From Clostridiales bacterium (GTDB taxonomy: Bacteria; Bacillota; Clostridia; Christensenellales; Borkfalkiaceae), in assembly GCA_015069625.1 (NCBI GenBank), contig SVIE01000001.1, positions 1,208 to 65,207 on the forward strand: a DNA stretch of 64,000 bases, in the 5' to 3' direction. Shown here piece by piece: positions 16,188 to 27,084 of the stretch. Below the pieces are notes generated by a model that worked only from the letters and a program-made list of their open reading frames with translations, made no database searches and was not told the DNA's origin. The stretch's first letter is position 1; each line of letters opens with the position of its first letter. Position numbers and translations under genes: made by a program.

Positions 16188-19100
16188 TGGTTTACAGAAT
16201 TTACGTAGCAAAAAAAGAAGAATTTGCAAACGAAGCGAAAGCCCTTTCGGCAGAAATTAAAAATTTGTTAAAAATAGACGGTATTGAAAGCCTTTCGGTT
16301 ATCAACCGTTACGACGTGGAAGATATTGATAAAAAACTTTTCAAAAAGTGCATTTCTGCGGTTTTCTCTGAACCGCAAATTGACAATGCGTTCAATAAAC
16401 TTCCCAAGTGTGATTACGTGTTTGCAGTAGAACCACTCCCAGGTCAGTTTGATCAACGTGCGGATTCTGCGGCACAATGTATTCAACTTTTCTCGGCTGG
16501 CAATCGTCCTACCGTAAAAACGGCAAAAGTTTACGCTATTAAGGGTAAACTTACTGATGATGAACTCTCTGCAATTAAAAAGTACGTTATTAACCCCGTT
16601 GAAAGTAGAGAAGCATCTCTCGATAAGGTCAAAACGCTTGCCGTTAAATACGACCTTCCTGAAAGCGTTGCAACCCTTGATGGTTTTATCGACTTCAATG
16701 AAGAAGAACTTGGCGTATTCCTTAAAGAAAAAGGTTTGGCAATGGATATTGACGACCTTAAATTCTTACAAGGCTATTTTAAGGGCGAAAATAGAAACCC
16801 AACTATAACCGAAGTTAAAATGGTTGATACCTACTGGTCTGACCATTGCCGTCACACAACCTTCTTAACAACGATAACAGACGTTGAGTTTGAAGATAAA
16901 CTTGCAGAAAAAACGTATAAAGAATATTTAGACGTTCGTAAAAAATTAAACAGAACTAAACCCGTTAATTTAATGGATTTAGCAACCGTTATTACAAAAT
17001 ATCATAAAAAGACGGGTAAACTTCCTAAAATTGACGAATCGGAAGAAATCAATGCTTGTACCGTTAAGATTAAGGTGAACGTTAACGGTGGACAAGAAGA
17101 TTGGCTTTTACTTTTCAAAAATGAAACACACAATCACCCCACGGAAATTGAACCGTTTGGTGGTGCTGCAACTTGTATCGGTGGTGCTATTCGTGACCCG
17201 CTTTCTGGCAGAAGTTACGTTTATGCCGCTATGCGTGTAACTGGTGCGGCAGATCCGTTAAAACCGCTTGAAGAAACTATTAAGGGCAAACTTCCACAAC
17301 GTAAAATTGTTACGACCGCTGCAAACGGTTATTCATCATACGGTAACCAAATCGGTCTTGCAACGGGTATGGTTGATGAAATTTATCATGATGGTTACGT
17401 TGCAAAGCGTATGGAAATCGGTGCGGTTATTGCGGCTGCGCCTGAAAAGAACGTTCGCCGTGAAGTTCCAAACAAGGGAGACGTAATCATTCTTTTAGGT
17501 GGTAGAACGGGTAGAGACGGCTGCGGTGGTGCAACTGGTTCTTCAAAATCACACACCTTAGAATCACTTACAACTTGCGGAGCAGAAGTTCAAAAGGGTA
17601 ATGCGCCCGAAGAAAGAAAACTTCAAAGATTATTTAGGAACGAAGAAGCATCTCGCTTAATCAAGCGTTGTAACGACTTTGGTGCAGGCGGTGTTTCAGT
17701 TGCAATCGGTGAACTTGCAGACGGACTAAATATCAACCTTGATAAAGTTCCTAAAAAGTATGACGGGCTTGACGGAACGGAACTCGCTATTTCCGAATCA
17801 CAAGAAAGAATGGCAGTTGTCGTTGAAGAAAAAGACGTTAATAGATTTATTGAACTTGCAGATTCTGAAAACTTAGAAGCAACTTGCGTTGCAACCGTTA
17901 CCGACGACAATAGACTTACTATGACGTGGAAGGGTAAAACTATTGTTAGCATTTCAAGAGATTTCTTGAACTCTAACGGTGCAGAAAAGAAAACGCAGGT
18001 TAAAATCGTTAAGCAGAACTTAGCGAAAAAGGATATTCCAGAAAACTTTGCAGATGGTATTAAGGCACTTTCAGAAGACCTTAACGTTTGCTCAAAACGT
18101 GGACTTTCCGAACGTTTTGACTCAACTATCGGTGCAGGCACGGTACTTATGCCGTTCGGTGGTAAATATCAAAGAACGCCTATTCAAGCAATGGTAAATA
18201 AAGTTTCTGTGGAAAATGCAGAAACGGACACCTGTTCGTTTATGAGTTACGGCTATAATCCGTTTATAAGTGAAGTAAGTCCCTATTTCGGTGGTTACTA
18301 TGCAGTTGTTGAATCTGTTTGCAAACTTATTGCAACAGGTGCAACTAAGGAAGATACCTATCTTACTTTCCAAGAATATTTTGAAAAGCCTAATAAAGAT
18401 GCAACTCGTTGGGGTAAACCTTGCGCTGCACTTTTAGGTGCGTTTAAGGCGCAAAAGGAATTTGGTCTTTCTGCAATCGGTGGTAAGGACTCAATGAGTG
18501 GTAGCTTTGAAAATATTGACGTTCCGCCAACACTCGTTTCATTTGCCGTTACAACGGACACGGTGGATAAAGTTGTTTCTCCTGAATTCAAAAAGGCAGG
18601 AAGCAAACTCTTATTGCTTGAAACCAAAGTTAAAGCAGACGGGCTTTTAGATACCGCAGATTTATTTGATAACTTTGCAATTATCGAAAAGGCAAACGCA
18701 GAAAAGAAAATCCTTTCTTGCTCAACTGCAACTGTCGGTGGGCTTGCGGAAATTATAATGAAGGCATCTTTCGGTAACGGAATAGGTGCTAAATTAGAAG
18801 GCTTAAAACTTGATAAACTTTTCGGTTATAAATACGGTTCTTTCGTAATTGAAGTAGAAAAGGACGTGGAAATTGAAAAGGCAATTGTTATCGGTGAAAC
18901 GACAGAAGAAGCGATTATTTCATTAGATGGTGAAATTGTTGCTCTTTCCGACCTTGCAAAAGGATACGAAGGCAAGTTAGAACCTGTATTTAAGTGTAAC
19001 GACGTTGCAACGTCTTCTGGTGAGATTCCTGTTATGAGTTACACTCAATATGATAGAGCATACTCTTCGGAAAAATTTGCTAAACCGAAAGTCCTTATTC

Positions 19101-19876
19101 CCGTATTCCCTGGAACGAACTGCGAATATGACGCTAAAAAAGTATTCGCTAAAGCAGGGGCAGATGCAAAAGTATTCGTTATTAAAAACCTTAAAGGCGT
19201 AAGCGAATCTGTTGATGCGTTTGCAAAAGAAATTAAAGATAGCCAAATTATATTTATCCCTGGTGGATTCTCTGGTGGTGATGAACCTGATGGCTCCGGT
19301 AAATTTATCACGGCTTTCTTCCGCAACAAAGCAATTAAAGACGGCGTAAGCGAACTTTTAGATGTTAGAAAAGGACTTATGGGTGGTATTTGTAATGGTT
19401 TCCAAGCACTTATTAAGTTGGGGCTTGTTCCTTATGGAAAGATTACCGACACCGTAACCGAAGATATGCCAACCCTTACCTTTAACACGATTGCAAGACA
19501 CCAATCAATGCTCGTTAGAACAAGGGTAGCGTCTAACAAATCACCTTGGCTTGCAGAAGCAAACGTTGGCGACGTTTATACCGTTCCGATTTCTCACGGA
19601 GAAGGCAGATTTATCGCATCTGATAAGATGCTTGAAAAACTTATTGCAAACGGACAGGTTGCAACGCAATACGTTGACTTAAACGGAAATCCCACTTACG
19701 ATATTCGTTTCAACCCCAACAACTCCGTTTATGCAATTGAAGGTATAACTTCGCCAGACGGCAGAGTATTTGGTAAAATGGGACACTCCGAACGTGTCGG
19801 TAACGGGCTTTATAAAAACGTTATCGGTGAATTTGATATTAAGATGTTCGAATCTGCCGTTAAGTACTTCAAGTAA
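16187..19876 (+). CDS. purL: Phosphoribosylformylglycinamidine synthase, single-chain (PurS/PurL/PurQ fused) form
   Basis: 1229 aa. ETHNHPTEIEPFGGAATCIGG, FGAGGVSVAIGE, and the C-terminal glutaminase GGICNGFQALIKLG...HGEGRF. The start overlaps the purD stop (TAATG). Confidence 0.92.
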   Translation: MVYRIYVAKKEEFANEAKALSAEIKNLLKIDGIESLSVINRYDVEDIDKKLFKKCISAVFSEPQIDNAFNKLPKCDYVFAVEPLPGQFDQRADSAAQCIQLFSAGNRPTVKTAKVYAIKGKLTDDELSAIKKYVINPVESREASLDKVKTLAVKYDLPESVATLDGFIDFNEEELGVFLKEKGLAMDIDDLKFLQGYFKGENRNPTITEVKMVDTYWSDHCRHTTFLTTITDVEFEDKLAEKTYKEYLDVRKKLNRTKPVNLMDLATVITKYHKKTGKLPKIDESEEINACTVKIKVNVNGGQEDWLLLFKNETHNHPTEIEPFGGAATCIGGAIRDPLSGRSYVYAAMRVTGAADPLKPLEETIKGKLPQRKIVTTAANGYSSYGNQIGLATGMVDEIYHDGYVAKRMEIGAVIAAAPEKNVRREVPNKGDVIILLGGRTGRDGCGGATGSSKSHTLESLTTCGAEVQKGNAPEERKLQRLFRNEEASRLIKRCNDFGAGGVSVAIGELADGLNINLDKVPKKYDGLDGTELAISESQERMAVVVEEKDVNRFIELADSENLEATCVATVTDDNRLTMTWKGKTIVSISRDFLNSNGAEKKTQVKIVKQNLAKKDIPENFADGIKALSEDLNVCSKRGLSERFDSTIGAGTVLMPFGGKYQRTPIQAMVNKVSVENAETDTCSFMSYGYNPFISEVSPYFGGYYAVVESVCKLIATGATKEDTYLTFQEYFEKPNKDATRWGKPCAALLGAFKAQKEFGLSAIGGKDSMSGSFENIDVPPTLVSFAVTTDTVDKVVSPEFKKAGSKLLLLETKVKADGLLDTADLFDNFAIIEKANAEKKILSCSTATVGGLAEIIMKASFGNGIGAKLEGLKLDKLFGYKYGSFVIEVEKDVEIEKAIVIGETTEEAIISLDGEIVALSDLAKGYEGKLEPVFKCNDVATSSGEIPVMSYTQYDRAYSSEKFAKPKVLIPVFPGTNCEYDAKKVFAKAGADAKVFVIKNLKGVSESVDAFAKEIKDSQIIFIPGGFSGGDEPDGSGKFITAFFRNKAIKDGVSELLDVRKGLMGGICNGFQALIKLGLVPYGKITDTVTEDMPTLTFNTIARHQSMLVRTRVASNKSPWLAEANVGDVYTVPISHGEGRFIASDKMLEKLIANGQVATQYVDLNGNPTYDIRFNPNNSVYAIEGITSPDGRVFGKMGHSERVGNGLYKNVIGEFDIKMFESAVKYFK

Positions 19877-19896
19877 TATAAGTTAAGGAGAAAATT

Positions 19897-21570
19897 ATGG
19901 GATTTATGAGTGATATTGAGATTGCGCAAAGCGTTACACCAAAACATATTTTGGAAATCGCAAAAAGCGCAGGCGTGGATGAAAAATACGTTGAGCAGTA
20001 CGGCAACGATAAAGCGAAAATCGACCTTGCCTTACTTAATGAAACGGATAAAAAGAACGGCAAACTCATTTTAGTTACGGCAATTACCCCAACCCCTGCG
20101 GGCGAAGGGAAAACCACCACTACAATCGGGCTTGCTGATGGACTTAAAAGGATAGGAAAAAGAGTTGCGGTTGCCCTTCGTGAACCTTCTTTGGGCCCTG
20201 TTTTCGGGGTTAAAGGCGGTGCTGCTGGCGGTGGCTGGGCGCAAGTTATCCCTATGGAAGACATTAACCTTCATTTCACGGGCGACTTTCATGCAATCGG
20301 CGCTGCAAATAACCTTTTAGCCGCAATGCTTGATAACCACATTTATCAGGGCAATGCGTTAGGTATTGACGTTAAGAAAATCACTTGGAAAAGATGTGTG
20401 GACATGAACGACCGTCAACTTCGTTTTGTAATTGACGGAATAGGGGGTAGAGTTAACGGTGTTCCAAGAGAAGACGGTTACGATATAACCGTTGCTTCGG
20501 AAATTATGGCTGTGCTTTGCTTATCGTCTTCAATTACAGACTTAAAAGCAAGACTTGCTAAAATTATCGTTGGTTACACTTATGACGATAAGCCCGTAAC
20601 GGCAGGGGACTTAAAAGCAGAAGGCGCAATGACGGCGTTGCTTAAAAACGCAATTAAGCCAAATCTTGTTCAAACGTTAGAAGGAACGCCTGCCTTCGTT
20701 CACGGTGGTCCGTTTGCTAATATAGCACACGGTTGCAACTCTGTTATAGCAACTAAAACGGCACTTAAAATGGGTGATTATGCGGTAACAGAAGCAGGTT
20801 TCGGCGCAGACTTGGGCGCAGAAAAATTCTTAGATATTAAATGCCGTCTTGCAGGATTAAAGCCTGATGCGGTTGTAATCGTTGCGACGGTTAGAGCACT
20901 TAAAATGCACGGTGGCCTTGCTAAAACCGAACTTAACACGGAAAATCTCGTTGCACTTGAAAAAGGTCTTCCAAACCTTTTAAGACACGTTAATAACATT
21001 AAAAACGTTTATAAACTTCCGTCTGTTGTTGCGGTTAACCGTTTCCCAACAGATACAGATGCAGAAATCGAACTCATCATTGAAAAGTGCAAAGAACTTG
21101 GCGTAAACGTTTGCCTTTCAACCGTCTGGGCTGAAGGTGGAAAGGGTGGCGAAGAACTTGCAAAAGAAGTTGTTCGTCTTTGCGAAATGGAAAACGGCTT
21201 TGATTTCAGTTATGACGTTAACGATTCCATTGAAAAGAAACTTAACGACATAGTCGTTAAAATTTACGGTGGCGACGGGGTTGAATTTACCACCGAAGCG
21301 AAAAAGCAGATTGACAGACTTAATAAATTAGGTTTTGATAAACTTCCCGTATGCGTGGCAAAAACGCAATATTCTTTCTCTGACGATATGACCAAACTTG
21401 GTGCACCAGTAGGATTTAAGGTTACGGTTAGAAATCTTAAAGTTTCCGCAGGCGCAGGCTTTATCGTTGCACTCACAGGGGATATTATGACAATGCCTGG
21501 GCTTCCTAAAGTTCCCGCAGCAGAGAAGATTGACGTAGATGAAAACGGTAAGATTACTGGTTTATTCTAA
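19897..21570 (+). CDS. fhs: Formate-tetrahydrofolate ligase
   Basis: [64 protein letters not shown]. Confidence 0.93.
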   Translation: MGFMSDIEIAQSVTPKHILEIAKSAGVDEKYVEQYGNDKAKIDLALLNETDKKNGKLILVTAITPTPAGEGKTTTTIGLADGLKRIGKRVAVALREPSLGPVFGVKGGAAGGGWAQVIPMEDINLHFTGDFHAIGAANNLLAAMLDNHIYQGNALGIDVKKITWKRCVDMNDRQLRFVIDGIGGRVNGVPREDGYDITVASEIMAVLCLSSSITDLKARLAKIIVGYTYDDKPVTAGDLKAEGAMTALLKNAIKPNLVQTLEGTPAFVHGGPFANIAHGCNSVIATKTALKMGDYAVTEAGFGADLGAEKFLDIKCRLAGLKPDAVVIVATVRALKMHGGLAKTELNTENLVALEKGLPNLLRHVNNIKNVYKLPSVVAVNRFPTDTDAEIELIIEKCKELGVNVCLSTVWAEGGKGGEELAKEVVRLCEMENGFDFSYDVNDSIEKKLNDIVVKIYGGDGVEFTTEAKKQIDRLNKLGFDKLPVCVAKTQYSFSDDMTKLGAPVGFKVTVRNLKVSAGAGFIVALTGDIMTMPGLPKVPAAEKIDVDENGKITGLF

Positions 21571-21594
21571 AATATAAAACAATAAAATTTTACA

Positions 21595-21620
21595 AAAGCC
21601 GAGAACTTTCTCGGCTTTTT
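21595..21620 (+). terminator. Intrinsic terminator after fhs
   Basis: GCCGAGA-ACTT-TCTCGGC followed by TTTTT. Confidence 0.8.
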
Positions 21621-21629
21621 GGTAACGTT

Positions 21630-22511
21630 ATGAAAGGCTTAATAATAATTAATGCTTTTTTGCGCCCGATAGAGAGCGTGAAACAGGCTGAAAGACTGAA
21701 AGAAGAATTTAATAGACTTGGCGTACCCGTTGATATAATTTCTAACGGTGCTTTACGTTATTGTGTAAATAAAAACGTACTTCAATCAGATTTTAATGGC
21801 TATGATTTTGCTATTTTTCTTGATAAAGACAAATATCTGTCTAGTGCATTGACAAGCCTTAACGTGCGCCTGTTTAACCGTCATGAAGCGATTAGGGTGT
21901 GCGACGATAAGGCGGAAACGGTGCTGGCACTTACTAAGTATAATATCCCCGTTCCAGATACAACGTTTGGTGCGCTTTGTTACTCAGAAAAAGATGAAAT
22001 TAAAAGGGAAAGCGCAAAGTTTATAGGTGAAAAACTAGGCTATCCTGTAATAGTTAAAGAAAGTTACGGCTCAATGGGTAAAGGTGTTTACAAAGCGGAT
22101 ACGGAAGACGAACTATTCGCCGTGATGAACACCTTAAAATTAAGACCGCACCTTTTTCAAAAGTATTTAGGCAAAGAAAGGGGAGAAGATACAAGGGTTA
22201 TTGTAATCGGTGGTAAAGCCGTTTGCGCTATGAAACGTAAAAATAGTGAAGATTTTAGATCTAACGTTGCTCGTGGTGGAAGTTGCACTCCGCTTTCGTT
22301 AAAGGGGGAATATATAGCACTTGCAGAACGAGTGGCAAAGGCGTTAGAACTTGATTATTGCGGTGTAGATATTCTAACGGGTGATGACGATAAACCGTAT
22401 ATATGCGAAGTAAATTCAAACGCCTTTTTTGAAGGAATTGAACATGCAACAGGGGTAAACGTTGCTGAAAAATATGCTAAATACGTGATAGAAACTATTA
22501 CTAACAAATAA
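21630..22511 (+). CDS. RimK-family ATP-grasp ligase (alpha-L-glutamate-ligase-like)
   Basis: GYPVIVKESYGSMGKGVY, DTRVIVIGGK, NSEDFRSNVARGG, YCGVDIL, EVNSNAFF. Confidence 0.7.
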   Translation: MKGLIIINAFLRPIESVKQAERLKEEFNRLGVPVDIISNGALRYCVNKNVLQSDFNGYDFAIFLDKDKYLSSALTSLNVRLFNRHEAIRVCDDKAETVLALTKYNIPVPDTTFGALCYSEKDEIKRESAKFIGEKLGYPVIVKESYGSMGKGVYKADTEDELFAVMNTLKLRPHLFQKYLGKERGEDTRVIVIGGKAVCAMKRKNSEDFRSNVARGGSCTPLSLKGEYIALAERVAKALELDYCGVDILTGDDDKPYICEVNSNAFFEGIEHATGVNVAEKYAKYVIETITNK

Positions 22512-22579
22512 TTTCAATATTATTTCAATAAAACAAGGCTAAACTACCAATATAAGTAATAAATAACAAGGAGATAGAA

Positions 22580-24400
22580 ATGAAACAGTTTAAGACGGAA
22601 TCTAAAAGAATTTTGGACCTTATGATAAATTCAATTTACACCAACAAAGAAATCTTTTTAAGAGAACTTATTTCCAACGCAAGCGACGCTATCGATAAGT
22701 TGAAATTTATTTCGCTTACAGACGGTAACGTCCAAAGCGATTTCAAAATTCAATTATCTATCGACAAGGATAATAAGATTTTAACAATTTCCGATAGTGG
22801 TATCGGAATGACGGAAAAAGAACTTGAAAAGAATCTTGGCACGATTGCAGAATCAGGAACGTATGCATTTAAAAAGGAAAACGGCAAGCAAGACGGGGAA
22901 GATTTAATCGGTCAGTTTGGCGTTGGTTTTTATTCTGCGTTCATGGTAGCAGATAAAATTGTGGTAACCACAAAAGCATATAAAAGCGATAAGGCGTATA
23001 GATGGGAAAGTGCAGGTGTAAGCGGTTATGAAATCACCGAAGCGGAAAAGGATACCGTCGGCACGAAAATCGAACTCTATTTAAAAGAAGATGGCGAAGA
23101 CTTTAAGTATTCTGACTTTTTAGCGGAAAGTAAACTTGAAAGCCTTGTAAAACGCTATTCTGATTATATCCGTTATCCTATTACGCTTAAAGTTTTAGGA
23201 ACAGATAAAACGCTTAACAGCATGGTTCCTATTTGGAAAAAACCAAAGTCCGAAGTAAAGGATGAAGATTTAGCAGAATTTTATAAGAACGAATTTCACG
23301 ATTTTGAAGCGCCATTAAAAAGCACTTACGCTAAAATCGAAGGAACGGTTACTTACGATACTATGTTATTTATTCCAAGCCGTGCTCCGTTTGATTATTA
23401 TTCGAAAGATTATAAAAAGGGCGTTAAACTTTATAGCAACGGCGTGCTTATAATGGACAAGTGCGAAGAACTTATACCCGATTATTTTGGATTTATAAAA
23501 GGGATTGTGGATTCTTCCGACTTAAACCTTAATATTTCTCGTGAAATTTTACAGCAAGATAGACAGGTTAGGGCTATTGCTGTAAGTTTAGAAAAGAAGA
23601 TTTTATCTAAATTAAAGAAAATGCAAAATACAGACCGTGAAGCATATGAAAAGATGTTTGCGGAGTTTGGACTAAGCATTAAGTTTGGCGTTTACGCAGG
23701 CTTTGGAATGAAGAAGGATGATTTGCAAGATTTACTTATGTTCTATTCTTCAAGAAAGGAAAAATTAGTAACCTTAAAAGAATACGTTGAAGGCATGATT
23801 GAAGGGCAAGATGCAATATACTATGCATGTGGGGAAAGTTATGAAAAGATTGCTCGCCTTCCACAGATAGAAAAGGCAAAGGACAAGGGTTATGAAATCT
23901 TGTACATGAAGGACGGAGTTGATGAATTCGTTGCAAAAGTGTTAATTTCTTATAGCGATAAAAAGTTTGTTTCCGTTTCCGAAGCAGATTTTAATACGCT
24001 AGGAGAAGACGAGAAAAAAGAAATTGATAAAAAGAACGAAGAATTTAAGTCTGTTCTTGAATTTATCAAAGAATCACTTGGCGACAAGGTGAAGGAAGTT
24101 AAAATTTCTGCAAACCTAAAAACTTACCCCGTATGTATAACTTCGGGTGGTGATCTTTCTATTGAAATGGAAAAAGTGCTTAACGCACTTCCTAACGCAG
24201 ATAAAAAGGTTAAAGCGGAAAAGGTTTTAGAAATAAACGCTGAACACAAGATAGCGGAAAAACTTAAAAATCTTTATGAAAGTGATAAAGAAACGCTTAA
24301 AAAGTATGCAATCGTGCTTTATGAACAGGCAAGACTTTTAGAAGGGTTGCAAATTGAAAATGTTTCGGAATTTATTGATGCAATGTCCGAAATAATCTAA
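22580..24400 (+). CDS. htpG: Molecular chaperone HtpG (Hsp90)
   Basis: IYTNKEIFLRELISNASDAIDKL, IGQFGVGFYSAFMVADK, SSDLNLNISREILQQD. Confidence 0.93.
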   Translation: MKQFKTESKRILDLMINSIYTNKEIFLRELISNASDAIDKLKFISLTDGNVQSDFKIQLSIDKDNKILTISDSGIGMTEKELEKNLGTIAESGTYAFKKENGKQDGEDLIGQFGVGFYSAFMVADKIVVTTKAYKSDKAYRWESAGVSGYEITEAEKDTVGTKIELYLKEDGEDFKYSDFLAESKLESLVKRYSDYIRYPITLKVLGTDKTLNSMVPIWKKPKSEVKDEDLAEFYKNEFHDFEAPLKSTYAKIEGTVTYDTMLFIPSRAPFDYYSKDYKKGVKLYSNGVLIMDKCEELIPDYFGFIKGIVDSSDLNLNISREILQQDRQVRAIAVSLEKKILSKLKKMQNTDREAYEKMFAEFGLSIKFGVYAGFGMKKDDLQDLLMFYSSRKEKLVTLKEYVEGMIEGQDAIYYACGESYEKIARLPQIEKAKDKGYEILYMKDGVDEFVAKVLISYSDKKFVSVSEADFNTLGEDEKKEIDKKNEEFKSVLEFIKESLGDKVKEVKISANLKTYPVCITSGGDLSIEMEKVLNALPNADKKVKAEKVLEINAEHKIAEKLKNLYESDKETLKKYAIVLYEQARLLEGLQIENVSEFIDAMSEII

Positions 24401-24416
24401 ATAAAGGAACAAAACT

Positions 24417-27020
24417 ATGGTTTGGTTTAAAAAACGCAAGGCGAAAGTGGAAGAAATCGCTAAAAACGTCGAAATAAAAAGCGCAACAAACGGTGCGCTT
24501 AAACTAGAAGACGTTGTTAAAATTTATGGGGAAGGTGAAAACGAAGTAAAGGCGCTTCGTGGCGTTAGCCTTGCTTTCCGTAAAAGTGAATTCGTTTCTA
24601 TTTTAGGCCCTTCGGGTTGTGGGAAAACCACGATGTTAAACATTATCGGTGGATTAGATAGATACACGTCGGGGGATTTGAAAATCAACGGAGTATCTAC
24701 TAAAAAATATCGTGATTCCGACTGGGATACGTATAGAAACAATTCGGTTGGGTTTGTATTTCAAAACTATAACCTTATTCCACATCAAACCATTTTAAGC
24801 AACGTTGAACTTGCCTTAACGCTTTCTGGTGTAAGCAAAAGCGATAGAAGAAAAAGAGCGGAAGACGTTTTAGAAAAAGTTGGACTTGGCGGACTTGGTT
24901 ATAAACGTCCAAATCAACTTTCAGGCGGGCAAATGCAAAGGGTTGCTATTGCTCGTGCGCTTATAAACGACCCCGAAATTGTTTTAGCGGATGAGCCAAC
25001 GGGTGCGCTTGACACGGAAACTAGTATTCAAATTATGGAAATTTTGAAAGAAGTTTCCAAAGAAAGATTAGTTATTATGGTTACGCACAACCCTGAACTT
25101 GCCGATAAATATTCTACAAGAATTATACGCTTGCTTGACGGGGAAGTTACTGACGATACTAATCCCTTAAAAGAAGACGAAGTGGAAGATTGCGTAACAG
25201 AAGTGGTGCAAGAACCTGTTGTGATGCAGAATAAAGTGAAGGGTAAATCTCACATGAAGTTTATCACGGCGTTAGCACTTAGTTTAAGTAACCTTCGCAC
25301 GAAAAAAGGAAGAACGGTTTTAACGTCGATTGCAGGAAGTATCGGTATTATAGGTATTGCACTTGTTTTGGCTGTTTCGACGGGTTTTTCTAATTATATA
25401 CATAAATTACAAGCGGACACCCTTTCCGTTTATCCGATAACGGTAACCGAAGCGGTTATTGATTTAGAAGATTTTGATAAGATGACGCAAGGTACGGGAT
25501 TAGAAAAATTCCCAAAACTTAAAGAAGTTTATGAGAAAGAGATGTTTTCTAGCCTTGCGAACATGCTGAAAAGCAATAAAATTACTGACGAATATCATGA
25601 TTACGTAGATAATTTTGTAAATGATGAAAACGAAAAGGTGAAAAATACCGAGCAAAAGTGGAAGTACTGCTTACAAGAAAGTTACGGCTTTGATATGAAC
25701 GATTATATTTTTTCTGATATATCGTTTATGGAAGAGCAGATGGGTGGAGAATTAACTATGCCTATCAATAAACTCGTTAAATATCTTGAAGGCATGTTTG
25801 ACGAAGGTATGAAAGGAACCGGCATGGGTATTTCTGCAGGGATGGTTAGAACGTACATTCCGACAGTCAGCGAAATCCCCGCAAATCAGCACTTAATAGA
25901 ATCGCAATACGATTTACTTGCAGGGGACTGGGCGTTAAATGAAGATGAACTTTTGCTTGTTGTGGATTCTGCAAACCAAGTTACCGACATATCGCTTGCA
26001 CTTTTAGGTTTTAATGCGATAACCGGTATGGATATGGATAATTACAGAGTGCAGTTTGCCGAAAAGGAAAAATACACCTTTGAAGAAATTTTAGGCAAGG
26101 AGTTTTATTATCTTAAAAACGATACTCGTTATATGGCAAATCCTTTAAGCGCAAACACTTACGTTGACTCTTCGTATATCAATAAAAAAGAAGTTGTAAC
26201 AAATGCTAATTTTGCACCCGATATGACGCTTAAAGTCAAAGGTATCGTAAGAATTAAAGAAGGCGTTGAACAAGGCGTTTTATATAACGGTATCGCATAC
26301 ACGCATAAACTTGTTGAAAAAGTTTTAAGTGATAATGCAAGTTCGGCTATTGTTGAAAAGGCTAAAACGAACGAAAAAGTTTACGTATATACGCCCGTTT
26401 TCAATATGACGCACGAATTTAATCCACGCACGCTTGGTGGGGATGACACGATAAGTAAACTTTCCATTTATTCAGCAGGGTATGAAGAGAAGGAAGAACT
26501 TAAAACATTCCTTGACGAATGGAACGAAAAAGATGGCAGAGTTGAAGAAGATAAAGTGCATTATTCCGACTCAACGGCAATGCTTTTCTCTGCAATGAAT
26601 ATGATAGTTGACGGCGTTAAAATCGTGCTTATCTGCTTCACGGCAATTTCACTTGTTGTTTCAAGTATTATGATAGGAATTATCACCTACGTTTCAGTTG
26701 TTGAAAGGACAAAGGAAATAGGCGTGCTTAGAAGTATAGGCGCAAGGAAGAAAGATATTTCAAGAATATTCAATGCGGAAACCTTCTTAATAGGTTTGTT
26801 TGCAGGAATATTAGGGGTTGCAATAACCTATCTATTAAGTATTCCTATAAATCTACTCGTTGGCAGTTTAATTGTTGGGGCAACAAGTATTGCTTCACTT
26901 CAAATTACTGACGCACTAGTGTTGATTGTCGTAAGCTTTATTCTAACTCTTATTGCAGGCGTTGTTCCTGCGAGAATTGCAGCGAAGAAGGACCCCGTTA
27001 TAGCACTTAGAAGTGAATAG
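24417..27020 (+). CDS. Fused ABC transporter ATPase plus MacB/FtsX-type permease with a large extracytoplasmic domain
   Basis: Walker A GPSGCGKTT, signature LSGGQMQR, Walker B LADEPTGALD. TM1 lies near residue 300, followed by a ~400-aa loop and then the FtsX-like C-terminal TM bundle (ERTKEIGVLRSIGARK). Confidence 0.85.
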   Translation: MVWFKKRKAKVEEIAKNVEIKSATNGALKLEDVVKIYGEGENEVKALRGVSLAFRKSEFVSILGPSGCGKTTMLNIIGGLDRYTSGDLKINGVSTKKYRDSDWDTYRNNSVGFVFQNYNLIPHQTILSNVELALTLSGVSKSDRRKRAEDVLEKVGLGGLGYKRPNQLSGGQMQRVAIARALINDPEIVLADEPTGALDTETSIQIMEILKEVSKERLVIMVTHNPELADKYSTRIIRLLDGEVTDDTNPLKEDEVEDCVTEVVQEPVVMQNKVKGKSHMKFITALALSLSNLRTKKGRTVLTSIAGSIGIIGIALVLAVSTGFSNYIHKLQADTLSVYPITVTEAVIDLEDFDKMTQGTGLEKFPKLKEVYEKEMFSSLANMLKSNKITDEYHDYVDNFVNDENEKVKNTEQKWKYCLQESYGFDMNDYIFSDISFMEEQMGGELTMPINKLVKYLEGMFDEGMKGTGMGISAGMVRTYIPTVSEIPANQHLIESQYDLLAGDWALNEDELLLVVDSANQVTDISLALLGFNAITGMDMDNYRVQFAEKEKYTFEEILGKEFYYLKNDTRYMANPLSANTYVDSSYINKKEVVTNANFAPDMTLKVKGIVRIKEGVEQGVLYNGIAYTHKLVEKVLSDNASSAIVEKAKTNEKVYVYTPVFNMTHEFNPRTLGGDDTISKLSIYSAGYEEKEELKTFLDEWNEKDGRVEEDKVHYSDSTAMLFSAMNMIVDGVKIVLICFTAISLVVSSIMIGIITYVSVVERTKEIGVLRSIGARKKDISRIFNAETFLIGLFAGILGVAITYLLSIPINLLVGSLIVGATSIASLQITDALVLIVVSFILTLIAGVVPARIAAKKDPVIALRSE

Positions 27021-27040
27021 AACGAACAAAAACTAAAAAC

Positions 27041-27069
27041 AAAAGGACGGAAATTTTTCCGTCCTTTTA
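27041..27069. terminator. Bidirectional intrinsic terminator between convergent genes
   Basis: AAAAGGACGGAAATTTTTCCGTCCTTTT. Confidence 0.8.
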
Positions 27070-27084
27070 GATTTTTAGGTAAAA

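Noticed and set aside
17623-18141. Long antisense ORFs inside real genes: 17623-18141, 42478-42996, 54318-54794, 29705-30190, 19869-20264 and many shorter ones
   Set aside because: All lie opposite confidently identified genes (purL, mfd, pgsA/cinA, glyQS, fhs). They have Ser/Leu/Pro-rich shadow-frame composition and no RBS.
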